In this document: positions 29,558-39,598 of the stretch, in pieces | Numbering within the stretch: the stretch's first letter is position 1 | Layout: the number at the start of each line of letters is the position of its first letter | Source of the DNA: a bacterium | GTDB taxonomy: Bacteria > CSSED10-310 | Assembly (NCBI GenBank): GCA_049652745.1 | Contig: JBASEY010000042.1 | Coordinates: forward strand, 6,153 to 70,152 | Direction: 5' to 3' | DNA: 64,000 bases | Notes under the pieces: model-generated | Database searches by the model: none | What the model saw: only the letters and a program-made list of their open reading frames with translations | What the model was told of the DNA's origin: nothing | Program-made: the position numbers and the translations under genes

Positions 29558-31304
29558 CGTTGATCATTACCCCTGAAACCTTGTTTGGGTTTGATTGGGA
29601 GATAAACAGATCCACCGGTCGCTTTGAAACACGGCTGTCAATCAGCCATAAAGGTTTTCCTGGCAGCCAGTAACCGAGAGCATCATGTCGTATTCGGAGT
29701 TTGTTTATCGATTTGTACTCTTTGAATGCGGCGGTGACGGACAGGAAGGCATTTGCTTGTCCGGCAGCCTTTTCAACGGTTTCTTTCTGATAGCTTTCCG
29801 CCTGGATAATCATGGATGCCGCTTCACCGGTCGTCAAAGGAAGAGTTTCCTTATAATAACCTCTAGCCTGCTCGATAGATGTTTCCAGATCCTCCTGGGC
29901 GCTTATGACATCTTCGAATGCGGGAGCCACTTCCATTGGCGGATGTACATCCAGAAAACAGATTTGCACAATTTCAATACCCAGATTGGCGGCATCCGCC
30001 GAGGATTGAATTGACTCGGTCACCGTCTGTTCAAATTTTTTACGACCATAAGCCAAAATATCGAAGAGCGAATGTTGAGCGGCCAGCCGGCACAGGATCT
30101 CGTACGACATCAACTCTAGCTGACTTTCCGGTTCGACGGCCGAATACAGATATGCGCCGACATCGACAACCCGGTAGTGCAGATTGGCTGCCAGCTCAAC
30201 AATAGCGCCGTCACCTGTTAAAACAGAGTATTCTTTTAGATAATGCGCTTTAGTCCATAAGATAATATCCGTTCTTTCTTTCGTCACATATCCCAGGCGC
30301 ATCCAGCGAACGGAATCCGTATCGATACGCTTGATACGGCTGATGGGTCTTGGCCAATCATAGTGTAATCCGGGGCCGACCGGGTTTTTGATATCGATAG
30401 GTTTTCCCAACCGTTCAACAATTGCTTGTTCACTGTAAGAAACGATATAAAAACCGGATATTATCCAGATGAACACGGCCAGAATCAGTGCTGATCGGAT
30501 GAAATTTCGGCGGAGTTTTTTTGTTTTTTCATGATTTTTCAGATCGAAATGATCGATCAGACGTGATATCAGGTGGTCTTTTTTTGTGTGTATATAACCC
30601 ATAGTGAACATGATAGCCCTGTCTTCCACCGTTCGCTCTTCCGGCATGACCTGATTACTTCGCGTCAGCATGATGGAAAAGGCGTTATAAAGAGTTTTCA
30701 AGGCAATTGCCAGAATCATCAGGGCAATAACACCGGCCATCCAGCGATCGATTCGAAATTCCATTTGTTCGCTCAACAGAGAAACAAGAACCAATATCAA
30801 AGAATAGATATCGACTTTTGAATGATAGGCATCGGCGACCAGAGCTGGTGAACCGGTTTCTTTGCCGACGCTTTCTTCAAAACGGAACCGAATATAACTG
30901 AATAGCATCAAGATCAGGACAATAGCTGCCGCGATAAGCGGATATCGAATAGTTTCCGGAGGGCCACCGAGAAAAACTTCCTTAAATACTCTTGCAGCCA
31001 CGGCTGCCAAAGCGATTCCTATAATCACGCAGGCTCGAGGTTCCCATGAAGAGCGTCTGATGAAACGAGCCTGTTTGTCGGCGGCATCAGCATCTTTTAT
31101 TTTTTCTTTTCGATCCAGAATCAGGGCGATAAACACCATGATAGTCGTGATCAAATCACCGAATGAGTGCCAGGCATCGGCCATAATGGATAGACTGCCG
31201 GTTATCGCCGCCAGGAAAAACTTGACGACAATGGATAACAAATCGACGAAAGCGACGATTATTGCGGTTTTTTCTTGTTTCCTCATGCCATGTGTCATCT
31301 CCAC
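29550..31304 (-). CDS. fusion of a cation-diffusion-facilitator (CDF) transmembrane domain to an SPFH (HflK-like) domain
   Basis: CDF TM2-like SIMADAWHSFGDL and TM5-like LVADAYHSKVD (HxxxD pairs), then an extra TM helix and a full SPFH domain with coiled-coil tail. Confidence 0.65.
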   Translation of the reverse strand: MEMTHGMRKQEKTAIIVAFVDLLSIVVKFFLAAITGSLSIMADAWHSFGDLITTIMVFIALILDRKEKIKDADAADKQARFIRRSSWEPRACVIIGIALAAVAARVFKEVFLGGPPETIRYPLIAAAIVLILMLFSYIRFRFEESVGKETGSPALVADAYHSKVDIYSLILVLVSLLSEQMEFRIDRWMAGVIALMILAIALKTLYNAFSIMLTRSNQVMPEERTVEDRAIMFTMGYIHTKKDHLISRLIDHFDLKNHEKTKKLRRNFIRSALILAVFIWIISGFYIVSYSEQAIVERLGKPIDIKNPVGPGLHYDWPRPISRIKRIDTDSVRWMRLGYVTKERTDIILWTKAHYLKEYSVLTGDGAIVELAANLHYRVVDVGAYLYSAVEPESQLELMSYEILCRLAAQHSLFDILAYGRKKFEQTVTESIQSSADAANLGIEIVQICFLDVHPPMEVAPAFEDVISAQEDLETSIEQARGYYKETLPLTTGEAASMIIQAESYQKETVEKAAGQANAFLSVTAAFKEYKSINKLRIRHDALGYWLPGKPLWLIDSRVSKRPVDLFISQSNPNKVSGVMINDE

Positions 31305-31484
31305 TGTTTTCCAAGTCTATAAAACATACATCTCTAAATCAAACGACTTAAAAAATGTAAGCGCTTTTTAAGTTGAGAAGAGTGTGACCGAGGTGCTTTT
31401 CGGATAGCAGTTTGATATCGGACCGTCAAATGTGCTCCAATCGATTGGTGTAGGCTGAATGATCCTTTTCTAGCGAGGGACGTT

Positions 31485-32327
31485 ATGAGCGGAATAATAT
31501 TTTTAAAGACGGAAAAACTCGATGAAATCAAAAATTTTTATCGAACCAGACTACAATGTGATCTTTGGTTGAACCAAAATACGTGCGTTGTGTTTCAACA
31601 CGGCAATCTGTTACTGGGTTTCTGCGCAGCAGAAAATGCGGAAACATCGGGCTGTATAACATTCTTTTTCCCCACATCAGCCGATGTCGATCGTATGTAC
31701 ATAGCGATGAAAGATACCGCCGATGGTCCTCCAAGAAATAACGACCAGTTTCAAATATATCAGTTTTTTGCCAGGGACCCCGAAGCTAGACTGCTGGAAT
31801 TTCAATGTTTTCAGCATCCGGTGAATCGACACATGACAGCATCTGAACTATTGATGCGCCGTCGCAGCGTGCGGGATTTTTTACCGATTCCCGTATCGGA
31901 TGAGATATTGGAACAGATTTTGGAAATCTGCCGATATGCTCCGACCTCGATGAATTCACAATCATATTATTTTAAGTTCATTTCCGATCCGGCGGTTCTG
32001 GCTTGGTTGGCTGGTGTACGCGGAATGCCGAGTGCACCGTTGGGGCGGGCGCCTATGGCGGTGGCGATCTGCGCCGATCCGGAAAAAACGAAACGACCGG
32101 ACCAGGATGCAGTCATCGCAGCGTATCATTTTTTGCTTGCTGCACGGCACTTTGGGTTGGGAACGTGCTGGGTAGCCGCGATGAATCGAGACGATGTAAA
32201 GGAGCGGCTTGAAATACCTCAACACTTTTACTTGTCAACCATAACACCGCTTGGATGGCCGAAATCTGTCAATCAAAATCTTCCTGATCGACGTGAAGGA
32301 CAAAAAATACTTTGGGGTGGAGACTAA
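31485..32327 (+). CDS. VOC/glyoxalase-like domain fused to a nitroreductase-family domain
   Basis: The C-terminal half carries nitroreductase motifs (RRSVRDF, LGTCWV). The N-terminal roughly 120 aa look VOC-like. Confidence 0.55.
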   Translation: MSGIIFLKTEKLDEIKNFYRTRLQCDLWLNQNTCVVFQHGNLLLGFCAAENAETSGCITFFFPTSADVDRMYIAMKDTADGPPRNNDQFQIYQFFARDPEARLLEFQCFQHPVNRHMTASELLMRRRSVRDFLPIPVSDEILEQILEICRYAPTSMNSQSYYFKFISDPAVLAWLAGVRGMPSAPLGRAPMAVAICADPEKTKRPDQDAVIAAYHFLLAARHFGLGTCWVAAMNRDDVKERLEIPQHFYLSTITPLGWPKSVNQNLPDRREGQKILWGGD

Positions 32328-32330
32328 GGT

Positions 32331-35321
32331 CTATTCCATACCTGGAATGAACCCACTGAATGCTTTGCGGAAATTTTCCAGAGCTTTGTGTTCTCCTTCC
32401 GATCGTAGGCGCATGTCATATTCCAAAATCGACAGGTTGGGGTTGAGATAAGGATCTTCGTATAGCGAGTTGCCCCATTTGGTCTGCATGTAAGTGATTT
32501 CCGCATTGAAACGAGGTCTGCGAACGGGATCGTTGTCGTCTAATCTGCTGATGCTCTCATGATGAATCAGGCGGGCGTAGGGTGTATATATTATTCGATA
32601 ACCTCTGCGTCGAATTTCCATACATAAGTCGATATCCCCAAATGAAACGGCGAGTTCTTCATTAAATCCCCCTGCTTCTTCAAAAACATCCTTTCTTGTC
32701 AGCAAACATGCAGCCGTCACAGCACTATAGTTTTTGACCATATTGGAATGTCCGAAGTAAACACCGTTGTTCTCCTGCATGCCTTTGAACGGGTGTCCGG
32801 CAATCCCGCCCATTCCCAAAATGACCCCTGCATGTTGGATCAAACCATTCGGATAAAGCAATTTTGCGCCGACCACACCGACTTCCTCTCGCTGACCATG
32901 CTCCATCATTGCCGTCAACCAGCCGCTTTGAGTAGCTTCAATATCGTTGTTTAAGAAAAGATAAACTTCAGCATCCGTATGCTGAACAGCATAATTGTTG
33001 ATGGATGAAAAATTGAATCGACCGGGGTATCTGATCGATCGAAACATTTTGTTTTTGGTGTGCATTTTTTTCAGAAACGAGAGCAGCAGGGTGTCGTCGC
33101 TGTCATTATCGACAACCAAAATCTCGTAATTGGGGTAAACGGTGTGTTTTTCTATGGATGTAATGCTTGTGCTCAGAAGGTCTACGGCATTTCGTGTGGG
33201 TATAATTATGCACACTTTTGGATGGTTTTCGATCTGATATTTTACCCGGTAGGAGCCAGGTGAAAGCCCGTTTTCAACATGCGCCTTCAGGCCTCGTCTT
33301 TCGATAGCGGCTTGAAGCGCTTTGATGGAGCTTTCACGATACAAGCCACCTTTCGCTTCCGGATCGACCGCCGTGGAATCGGGAACCATGCGCCAGTGAT
33401 ACAAAATTTTTGGAATATGAACGATACGACGAGCTTGTTCGGTGACACGAAGATATAGGTCATAATCCTGGCTTCCATCGAAGCCTTCACGAAATCCTCC
33501 GACACTCTCGAAAAGCGACCTTCGTATCACAGAAAAATGGTTCAAATAGTTGTTGCATAAAAGAAGATCCGGATCGAAATCAGGTTTATAAAAGGGTTGA
33601 CTGAATTCATCACCTTCCATATTGACTTTGTCCTCATCAGAATAGAAATAATCCGTATCCGGCTTAAACTTGAGTTGAAGTGCGATTTCCATTAGAGCGT
33701 CAGGATCGAGCAAATCATCATGGTCTAGAAGGCAGACGAACTCACCCTTTGCCATTTGGGCCGCCCGGTTGGTGGCGACAGCGATACCGCCGTTCACCTC
33801 GCTGAACAGAAATCGAACTCTAGCAGGGTCTTTTTCAGCATATTCTTGAATGATTCGACGCGGTTCATCGTCAGGTGAAGCATCATCCACAATACATAAT
33901 TCCCAGAAGGGATATCGCTGTGCTAAAACGGAATCGAGGGCGGCCCGCAATATTTTTTCTTCCGTGGCATAAACCGGCATCAGAATCGAAAAAAGATGCT
34001 TGATATCAAGTAATTGAATACGAGAATCCAATTGTTCGGAGTCTGTGCTTTCAGCGGCTTGTTTCTGCTTGATAAGTTGGTCTGTTTTAATTTTGTCGAC
34101 AAACTCCGACAATGATTCCACCGGTGATTCAAAGTGCGGAGAAGCGGTTTTTCGAAACAACTTCGAAGCAAATTTCAAGGGGGCCAGTATGATCTGTCCC
34201 GTTCGAAACGATGCTGAATTTTTTACAGTATGAAGCCCTTTTTCAAAGTCTTTGAGATGCTCCATCATTTTGCAGCTCATCTGCTCGGATTGTTCAACCA
34301 GGCTGTTTATATAGGCATCTTTCTCTTGTATACAATTATCTTTTATACGGATGGACATATCCTGTTTTCTTAATTGAATATGAGCGTTATCCAACTCATT
34401 TTGAAGTAGACGAATTGTCCGATGTAACTTGGTTAAAGAAAGAGCCTGTTCATAATGAATATGACCGAACTCCAAGATGGTTTTACCGGAAAATTCCAGA
34501 TATCGACTGACGATAGTGTTCAGTTCTCTTATCGAGTCTGATTTCTTTTCTCGGATTTCGTCGTGTATTTGGGTTAGACCATCGGCAAAAGAGCTCGTAC
34601 GGCAATCGGGATTTTTAAATATGACAACCATATCCCGGTATCCGGGCGCTGAAATGCAAACCGGTTCAGCCAGAGGTAAAAGCTCGTATTCAAAATTCAT
34701 AACGGCTTCAGGGCCGCTGCTAAGTTGGAGAAGATGCTTTACCGCCATGACAAGCCGCCACTTGCCAAGATCACCGTTCATAAAAGAGGTGTATTCAAGC
34801 CCCCGCTTTTTCAAAATGGAAAGAAAGGCTTCCATCTCCGGTAAACCGTTTTCAAGATGCTCCTGCAGCATAGGGTTGACTGAATTCAATAAAACTTTAT
34901 GGTACTCAGCCAGCCAGCGATCGGCGGCAATACGCAGATCATGATAAAAAGGCGCTCCCAGCAATAAGACATTTGATGTCACGCGCAGCGCTTCATCCAA
35001 AAATGTCGATCGTCTTGTTGGATGAATATGTTCGAAAACGTCCATACACAGCGTCAACTCGAAAGCGTTATCGTCAAAAGGGAGCGGTTGGTCGGGTGAA
35101 ATGGGCGAATATCCAGGTAACTCTGCAGCAACCGTATCGACAACTGAGCAATTGCAATTTTCCAGTATCCGATGAGAGGGTAACACGGGTTCACCGGCAA
35201 GTGTTTTGAAATAACCTCCGATATCCAGAATGTTGGGTTTTGGAGCTGACTCTCGAAGCAGCTCCAGGACCAATGCTGCGCCGCGATATCTCTCAACCTG
35301 ATCAAATGTCAACCCTTTCAT
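32331..35321 (-). CDS. multidomain glycan-synthesis enzyme: class I SAM methyltransferase, long coiled coil, two GT2 domains
   Basis: N-terminal MT motif I (ILDIGG). Coiled-coil region about aa 300-430. GT2 domain 1 (IVDDASPDD) and GT2 domain 2 (LVVDNDSDD). Confidence 0.8.
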   Translation of the reverse strand: MKGLTFDQVERYRGAALVLELLRESAPKPNILDIGGYFKTLAGEPVLPSHRILENCNCSVVDTVAAELPGYSPISPDQPLPFDDNAFELTLCMDVFEHIHPTRRSTFLDEALRVTSNVLLLGAPFYHDLRIAADRWLAEYHKVLLNSVNPMLQEHLENGLPEMEAFLSILKKRGLEYTSFMNGDLGKWRLVMAVKHLLQLSSGPEAVMNFEYELLPLAEPVCISAPGYRDMVVIFKNPDCRTSSFADGLTQIHDEIREKKSDSIRELNTIVSRYLEFSGKTILEFGHIHYEQALSLTKLHRTIRLLQNELDNAHIQLRKQDMSIRIKDNCIQEKDAYINSLVEQSEQMSCKMMEHLKDFEKGLHTVKNSASFRTGQIILAPLKFASKLFRKTASPHFESPVESLSEFVDKIKTDQLIKQKQAAESTDSEQLDSRIQLLDIKHLFSILMPVYATEEKILRAALDSVLAQRYPFWELCIVDDASPDDEPRRIIQEYAEKDPARVRFLFSEVNGGIAVATNRAAQMAKGEFVCLLDHDDLLDPDALMEIALQLKFKPDTDYFYSDEDKVNMEGDEFSQPFYKPDFDPDLLLCNNYLNHFSVIRRSLFESVGGFREGFDGSQDYDLYLRVTEQARRIVHIPKILYHWRMVPDSTAVDPEAKGGLYRESSIKALQAAIERRGLKAHVENGLSPGSYRVKYQIENHPKVCIIIPTRNAVDLLSTSITSIEKHTVYPNYEILVVDNDSDDTLLLSFLKKMHTKNKMFRSIRYPGRFNFSSINNYAVQHTDAEVYLFLNNDIEATQSGWLTAMMEHGQREEVGVVGAKLLYPNGLIQHAGVILGMGGIAGHPFKGMQENNGVYFGHSNMVKNYSAVTAACLLTRKDVFEEAGGFNEELAVSFGDIDLCMEIRRRGYRIIYTPYARLIHHESISRLDDNDPVRRPRFNAEITYMQTKWGNSLYEDPYLNPNLSILEYDMRLRSEGEHKALENFRKAFSGFIPGME

Positions 35322-35599
35322 ACAAAATCACTCCTGACAACATGTTTGCATCAATACGAACAGAATGCTCACTCGGCTTTCGCAAACCGAATGCTCTAGC
35401 TTTCACCGATAGATTACCTGTATCCAATGTAATTAAAAAGAGCTATTGCTCGTTAGCGATCACCGAACGATTAAATAGGGGCTTTGAACTACCGGCGAGT
35501 TCTGATTCCTGCTCTTTTACAACCGGCGTTTTACCGCTAGAATAAGCCTGTTTCATTTTGCGCTTCAAAGTAAAGCGTATTCGTGGAGACCTTTTATCA

Positions 35600-36295
35600 A
35601 TGGCGCGTCAACATGTTTTTATCTCTGCTTTTCTAGCCGTGATTATCACGGTAATGCCTTTGGCTGCCCTTTATCTTTTCGGTTTGGCTGTTCCCTCGGT
35701 GTTTCAATCCAAATTTGATTCTCCGGCGCCATCACTGCACCAGGGCGATATCTGGACACAAACGTTCTTTTTTCCAGACATGCCTGTGACTGGAATTACA
35801 CTGCGTCCTGGGACGTACGGGGGCGGCGGCTTTGGAGTGGTGACGGCTTGGATAGGCCCGGAGAGTGATTTTGAAGCCGGAGACCGCCGATTGTCAGGTC
35901 GGGAATTTATCATCGATATCGAACGGACAGATGACTCTAAACCACAGACCTATAGTTTTTCTTCAGTTCGATACGAAAAGGGAACGCCGGGAGTGCTGGT
36001 GTTGGTTGGAACCGATATTCCTCCGAAAAATGTCTTTACGTTATGGCAATATTCAGATAACAAGTATCCTGATAGCCATTTCAGTATTAACGGCAATCGG
36101 CAACAGGGAGACATTTTTTTTAAAATCCTTTCACCGGTTCGAGGTCTGGATATTTTCCGAATGATCAAATCCCGCTGGCAGTCTGGTTTCCGAATTGAAA
36201 GCGCTTGGCCGATACTCTCCATTTTTCTATGGACTGCGGCGTTAAGTACAGGGTTGTATTTATTGCTGTCTTGCCGCGGTCAGGGTGTGTCGTGA
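35600..36295 (+). CDS. hypothetical bitopic membrane protein
   Basis: N- and C-terminal TM helices flank a Gly-rich extracytoplasmic domain. Start chosen at the internal Met after GGAG. Confidence 0.4.
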   Translation: MARQHVFISAFLAVIITVMPLAALYLFGLAVPSVFQSKFDSPAPSLHQGDIWTQTFFFPDMPVTGITLRPGTYGGGGFGVVTAWIGPESDFEAGDRRLSGREFIIDIERTDDSKPQTYSFSSVRYEKGTPGVLVLVGTDIPPKNVFTLWQYSDNKYPDSHFSINGNRQQGDIFFKILSPVRGLDIFRMIKSRWQSGFRIESAWPILSIFLWTAALSTGLYLLLSCRGQGVS

Positions 36296-36321
36296 AAAGG
36301 CCGTTCTGGAAAAGGCCTTTT
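36295..36321 (+). terminator. weak candidate intrinsic terminator
   Basis: AAAAGGCC / GGCCTTTT stem with an 11-nt loop, then a T-run, immediately after the stop codon. Confidence 0.3.
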
Positions 36322-36348
36322 TTGGGGTTCGTATCACCTTGGATCGTC

Positions 36349-37209
36349 ATGACAGCGCTGATATTTTTTCTTCATCATATCGGGCAGCCTTTTCGTCATG
36401 CGCGTTCTGCCCTGCTGGTCACGTATCATGAAATGTTGCGGCATTATCACCAGGCAGCGGTTGAGATGGCCGGGTGGGATAAGGGTACTGATGCAGCGAC
36501 GGATTTTTGGCGAGTGGACAGTTACCGAAGCGCTGGAATGAGTATGCTTTTGAGCGGTAATTTCGATGAAGCGGTCGAATGGTTCAGTAGGATTGCTCGG
36601 AACGAGGGTGTATCCGACAAGAGCCATCATGATTATTTTGCCTTGATATACAGAGGTATTTGTTACCATAAAATCGGAATGTCCGATCGGGCTTACGAGG
36701 ATTGGTCTCTTGCTTTTCGATCGATACCGGAGCGGCATGATGCGTTTATTGTGACAGGTCACAGTCGATTGTTGGAAGGGGATTTTATCAGCGCTCAGGC
36801 TCATTACATGCGTGCCTTGGAGTTGGGCGGTCAACTGGGCCCTATTTATGCCGATATAGGTGATGCTTGGCGATATATCGGCAACATGGCATTGGCTGCC
36901 GATTATTACCGTATGGGGCTTCAAGAGGATCCGGTCGATGTGTTTTGTAGATTGAGGCAGGGTGAACTCGCCTTGATAGTCGACAACAATCCGGCGGCAG
37001 CATTGCGTGAATGTGCTCTGATCAGAAACTCGATGCCCAATCTGAGTGTTGTCGAGCAGCTTGAATCGGCAGCCCGCGAATGGGTTCCCGGCAATCGGCT
37101 TGAACACATACCAGCCGCACGCTTTGTCTCGGGCCCGGCTTATACGTGGAAAGTGTCGCCGTCCCGCCTGTACTTCGAATTTTTCCGGGAGGATTGGCAT
37201 GGCTGGTGA
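36349..37209 (+). CDS. TPR repeat protein
   Basis: Several TPR-like helical hairpins. Start set to the ATG at 36349, downstream of the hairpin. Confidence 0.55.
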   Translation: MTALIFFLHHIGQPFRHARSALLVTYHEMLRHYHQAAVEMAGWDKGTDAATDFWRVDSYRSAGMSMLLSGNFDEAVEWFSRIARNEGVSDKSHHDYFALIYRGICYHKIGMSDRAYEDWSLAFRSIPERHDAFIVTGHSRLLEGDFISAQAHYMRALELGGQLGPIYADIGDAWRYIGNMALAADYYRMGLQEDPVDVFCRLRQGELALIVDNNPAAALRECALIRNSMPNLSVVEQLESAAREWVPGNRLEHIPAARFVSGPAYTWKVSPSRLYFEFFREDWHGW

Positions 37210-38533
37210 CACGCACAGACCGATCTTTCGATATTGGCTGCCCTGGCTGCTGCTTTTTGTCATAACAGCATTTATGTTTGCCCTCTGGACGCCTCCGTTT
37301 CTTTACCCTGATGAACCGACACATTTGATCAGTTGTATGGAACGAACGAATCCTGCAGCTCGAGAATCGTTGGAAAAGCACATTTTATCGTCTATGACCG
37401 AACATGATTTTTGGGAACGCGTCGGTGTAGATTTTCCTTCGGTTCAACCGGACAAATTCTATCAGGCGCCTTTGCTGAGAATCGTGCCGACACAGTTTTC
37501 CAAACCTTTATTGTATTATCGGATTGCCGGCTTAATTCTTGAAAAAACCGGCAATCAGGATGTCCTTTCAGCTCTTTTTATCCTTCGAGGACTCGGTGTT
37601 TTTCTTACAGCGATAGCCGCCGTTTTTTGGGGTTTGATCGTTGTAGAGGTTTTCCCGGATAGTCGATGGCAAGCGCTTGCCATGTCAACGATGGCGGTAC
37701 CGCAATATGTTTGGATGGCCGGGTCGGTGAATGCATCGGCTTTGGCCTGGATCAGCGGGAATATGATGCTGTTATCGGCATTGTGGTTGGTGCGACCGGA
37801 ACGCCGTTACGCTGGATGGGGGTTGGCTCTTGCTGCAAGTGTTTTAGCCTCTGTTTCTCATCAAGCCGCTCTACCGCTTTTATTTGTCTGCGTCGCCGGT
37901 ATCATACTGGGAAGACATCGTGTTCAACGCCATCGTGTTCCGTGGTGGACTTGGTCGTTTATCGGTATCGGATCGGCCTGCACATTTTTTCTGATTTTAG
38001 TCTATAAACCCGTCGTCATCAGGGAATATGCTCTTCGGCTAACAGAGCTTTTTTGGGGCCTTCGCGACAGTGGAGCGATACCTTGGAACATTCCCTGGCT
38101 GACTCGATTCCTGGCAGGCTTTGTGCGGAGTGCGATTTTGAATTTTGGATGGATGTCGTTGGAAGGACCAGAGTGGATTTACTATGTTTATGGAATCCTA
38201 TCGATAGCGGCGATTACGGGATGGATTTGTATGTTGCTCCGTCGCAAAAAACCTGAGATGTTGCGTGATGGACTACAGGCAGTCATACTGGTGATCGGTA
38301 TGTTGACAATGTTCATAGCATCGACTGTAAGCTTTTTTTTAAAGGGCAGCCTGTCTCAGGGACGATATCTTTTTCCAGCCCTGCCGGCCTTTGGAGTTGT
38401 CATGGCAGCAGGGCTGAGCGGTTTGGTATCGAAATCGTGGCATCGTTTAACCATAACCATTAGTGTTTCATTTTTATGGGGTGTTGTTTTCTGGAGCTTA
38501 TTTCACGTTTTGATCAAAGGTTTTTATTTTTAA
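37199..38533 (+). CDS. polytopic membrane protein, GT-C-like (DUF2142-like)
   Basis: More than 10 TM helices. YPDEPTH motif in the first loop. Overlaps the end of the TPR gene. Confidence 0.45.
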   Translation: MAGDTHRPIFRYWLPWLLLFVITAFMFALWTPPFLYPDEPTHLISCMERTNPAARESLEKHILSSMTEHDFWERVGVDFPSVQPDKFYQAPLLRIVPTQFSKPLLYYRIAGLILEKTGNQDVLSALFILRGLGVFLTAIAAVFWGLIVVEVFPDSRWQALAMSTMAVPQYVWMAGSVNASALAWISGNMMLLSALWLVRPERRYAGWGLALAASVLASVSHQAALPLLFVCVAGIILGRHRVQRHRVPWWTWSFIGIGSACTFFLILVYKPVVIREYALRLTELFWGLRDSGAIPWNIPWLTRFLAGFVRSAILNFGWMSLEGPEWIYYVYGILSIAAITGWICMLLRRKKPEMLRDGLQAVILVIGMLTMFIASTVSFFLKGSLSQGRYLFPALPAFGVVMAAGLSGLVSKSWHRLTITISVSFLWGVVFWSLFHVLIKGFYF

Positions 38534-38590
38534 AACGTGAGCATTTGAAAATATTTCTTTATTAAGAGCTGTGTCTAAAAAAAACAGGTT

Positions 38591-39394
38591 TTATTTTCTA
38601 CATATTAACAGTGTGGCGTATCCAGGAATGCCAAGCGCCCGCCATAGAAAATCCAACCGTGTGAACAGCCAGACAAAAGGATAGATCGCTGAATAGAAAG
38701 CCAGTTGTTTTCGATGTTTTTGTACTTCTTCAGCACTGCCGGGAGTAATATGGCCATCTCGTTTTTCAACGGTTTTTCCTCGCATAAATTTAATGAAAGC
38801 GAAATTGATCAAAAACTCCACGAGTTCCGTAAAAAATCGTGAATAAGTTGTAGCTTGTTCAACTTTCAATCCTGCTTCGGTAAACATTTTTATCAATTCT
38901 TCCAACGTGTATCCTTCCACCACATGACCATATTGATCCGGTGTCAATCCGCTGAGATTTTTTAGTTTATTGACCAGGTAAAAAGGGCCTGTCGCTGGCG
39001 TCGACAAGATTAACACCCCGTTGTTTTTCAAGACTCTGACCATTTCTTCGGCAAAAGAAACATCGTCTTTGATGTGTTCTAAGATATCTAATGATACGAT
39101 GACGTCAAAACTGGCTGACGGGTGAGGAATACTGTTCGGTGAAATCACGGCGACTTTAGGGCCGACAAGATCGCGGGTGGCTTTGACATTCACGAAATCC
39201 AAATCTTCATGAAACCAAACGCCGCCTTCGTTTTTCAGGAAGTAGCTTATTGTTCCTTTTGCGCAGCCAAGGTCCAGACATCGACAACCTGTCATATCCG
39301 GTAAAATTTTCTTTATAATCCGCCATTTTTCTTTCTTTTTAAGCGTTTTTTTGAACATTTTCAGTTGCCAAGCTTCGGAGCCCGCCATAACCAT
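38591..39394 (-). CDS. class I SAM-dependent methyltransferase
   Basis: Motif I LDLGCAKG and motif post-I. Start trimmed to the internal Met (MVMAGSEA). Confidence 0.7.
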   Translation of the reverse strand: MVMAGSEAWQLKMFKKTLKKKEKWRIIKKILPDMTGCRCLDLGCAKGTISYFLKNEGGVWFHEDLDFVNVKATRDLVGPKVAVISPNSIPHPSASFDVIVSLDILEHIKDDVSFAEEMVRVLKNNGVLILSTPATGPFYLVNKLKNLSGLTPDQYGHVVEGYTLEELIKMFTEAGLKVEQATTYSRFFTELVEFLINFAFIKFMRGKTVEKRDGHITPGSAEEVQKHRKQLAFYSAIYPFVWLFTRLDFLWRALGIPGYATLLICRK

Positions 39395-39598
39395 CTTCCC
39401 CCTCGCGAATGAATTCTTGGGTTTTGGAGAACATGTTTCAACTCGTTGGGCACATGTTAAAACACGGGGTCTTATAAATAATTGAAACAAGGCAAGAATT
39501 CAAACGTGTGTTTGGAGTCGGCAATCTGGACATTTACATTGCTTTCACGTTACACTCACTATTCCGGTTGGATCGTTAAACGTAAAGGAGATAAATCT

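Noticed and set aside
37046-37198. Upstream extension of the membrane-protein ORF into the TPR gene
   Set aside because: The extension is Arg/Cys-rich nonsense inside the TPR gene in another frame. The start was moved to the Met at 37199.
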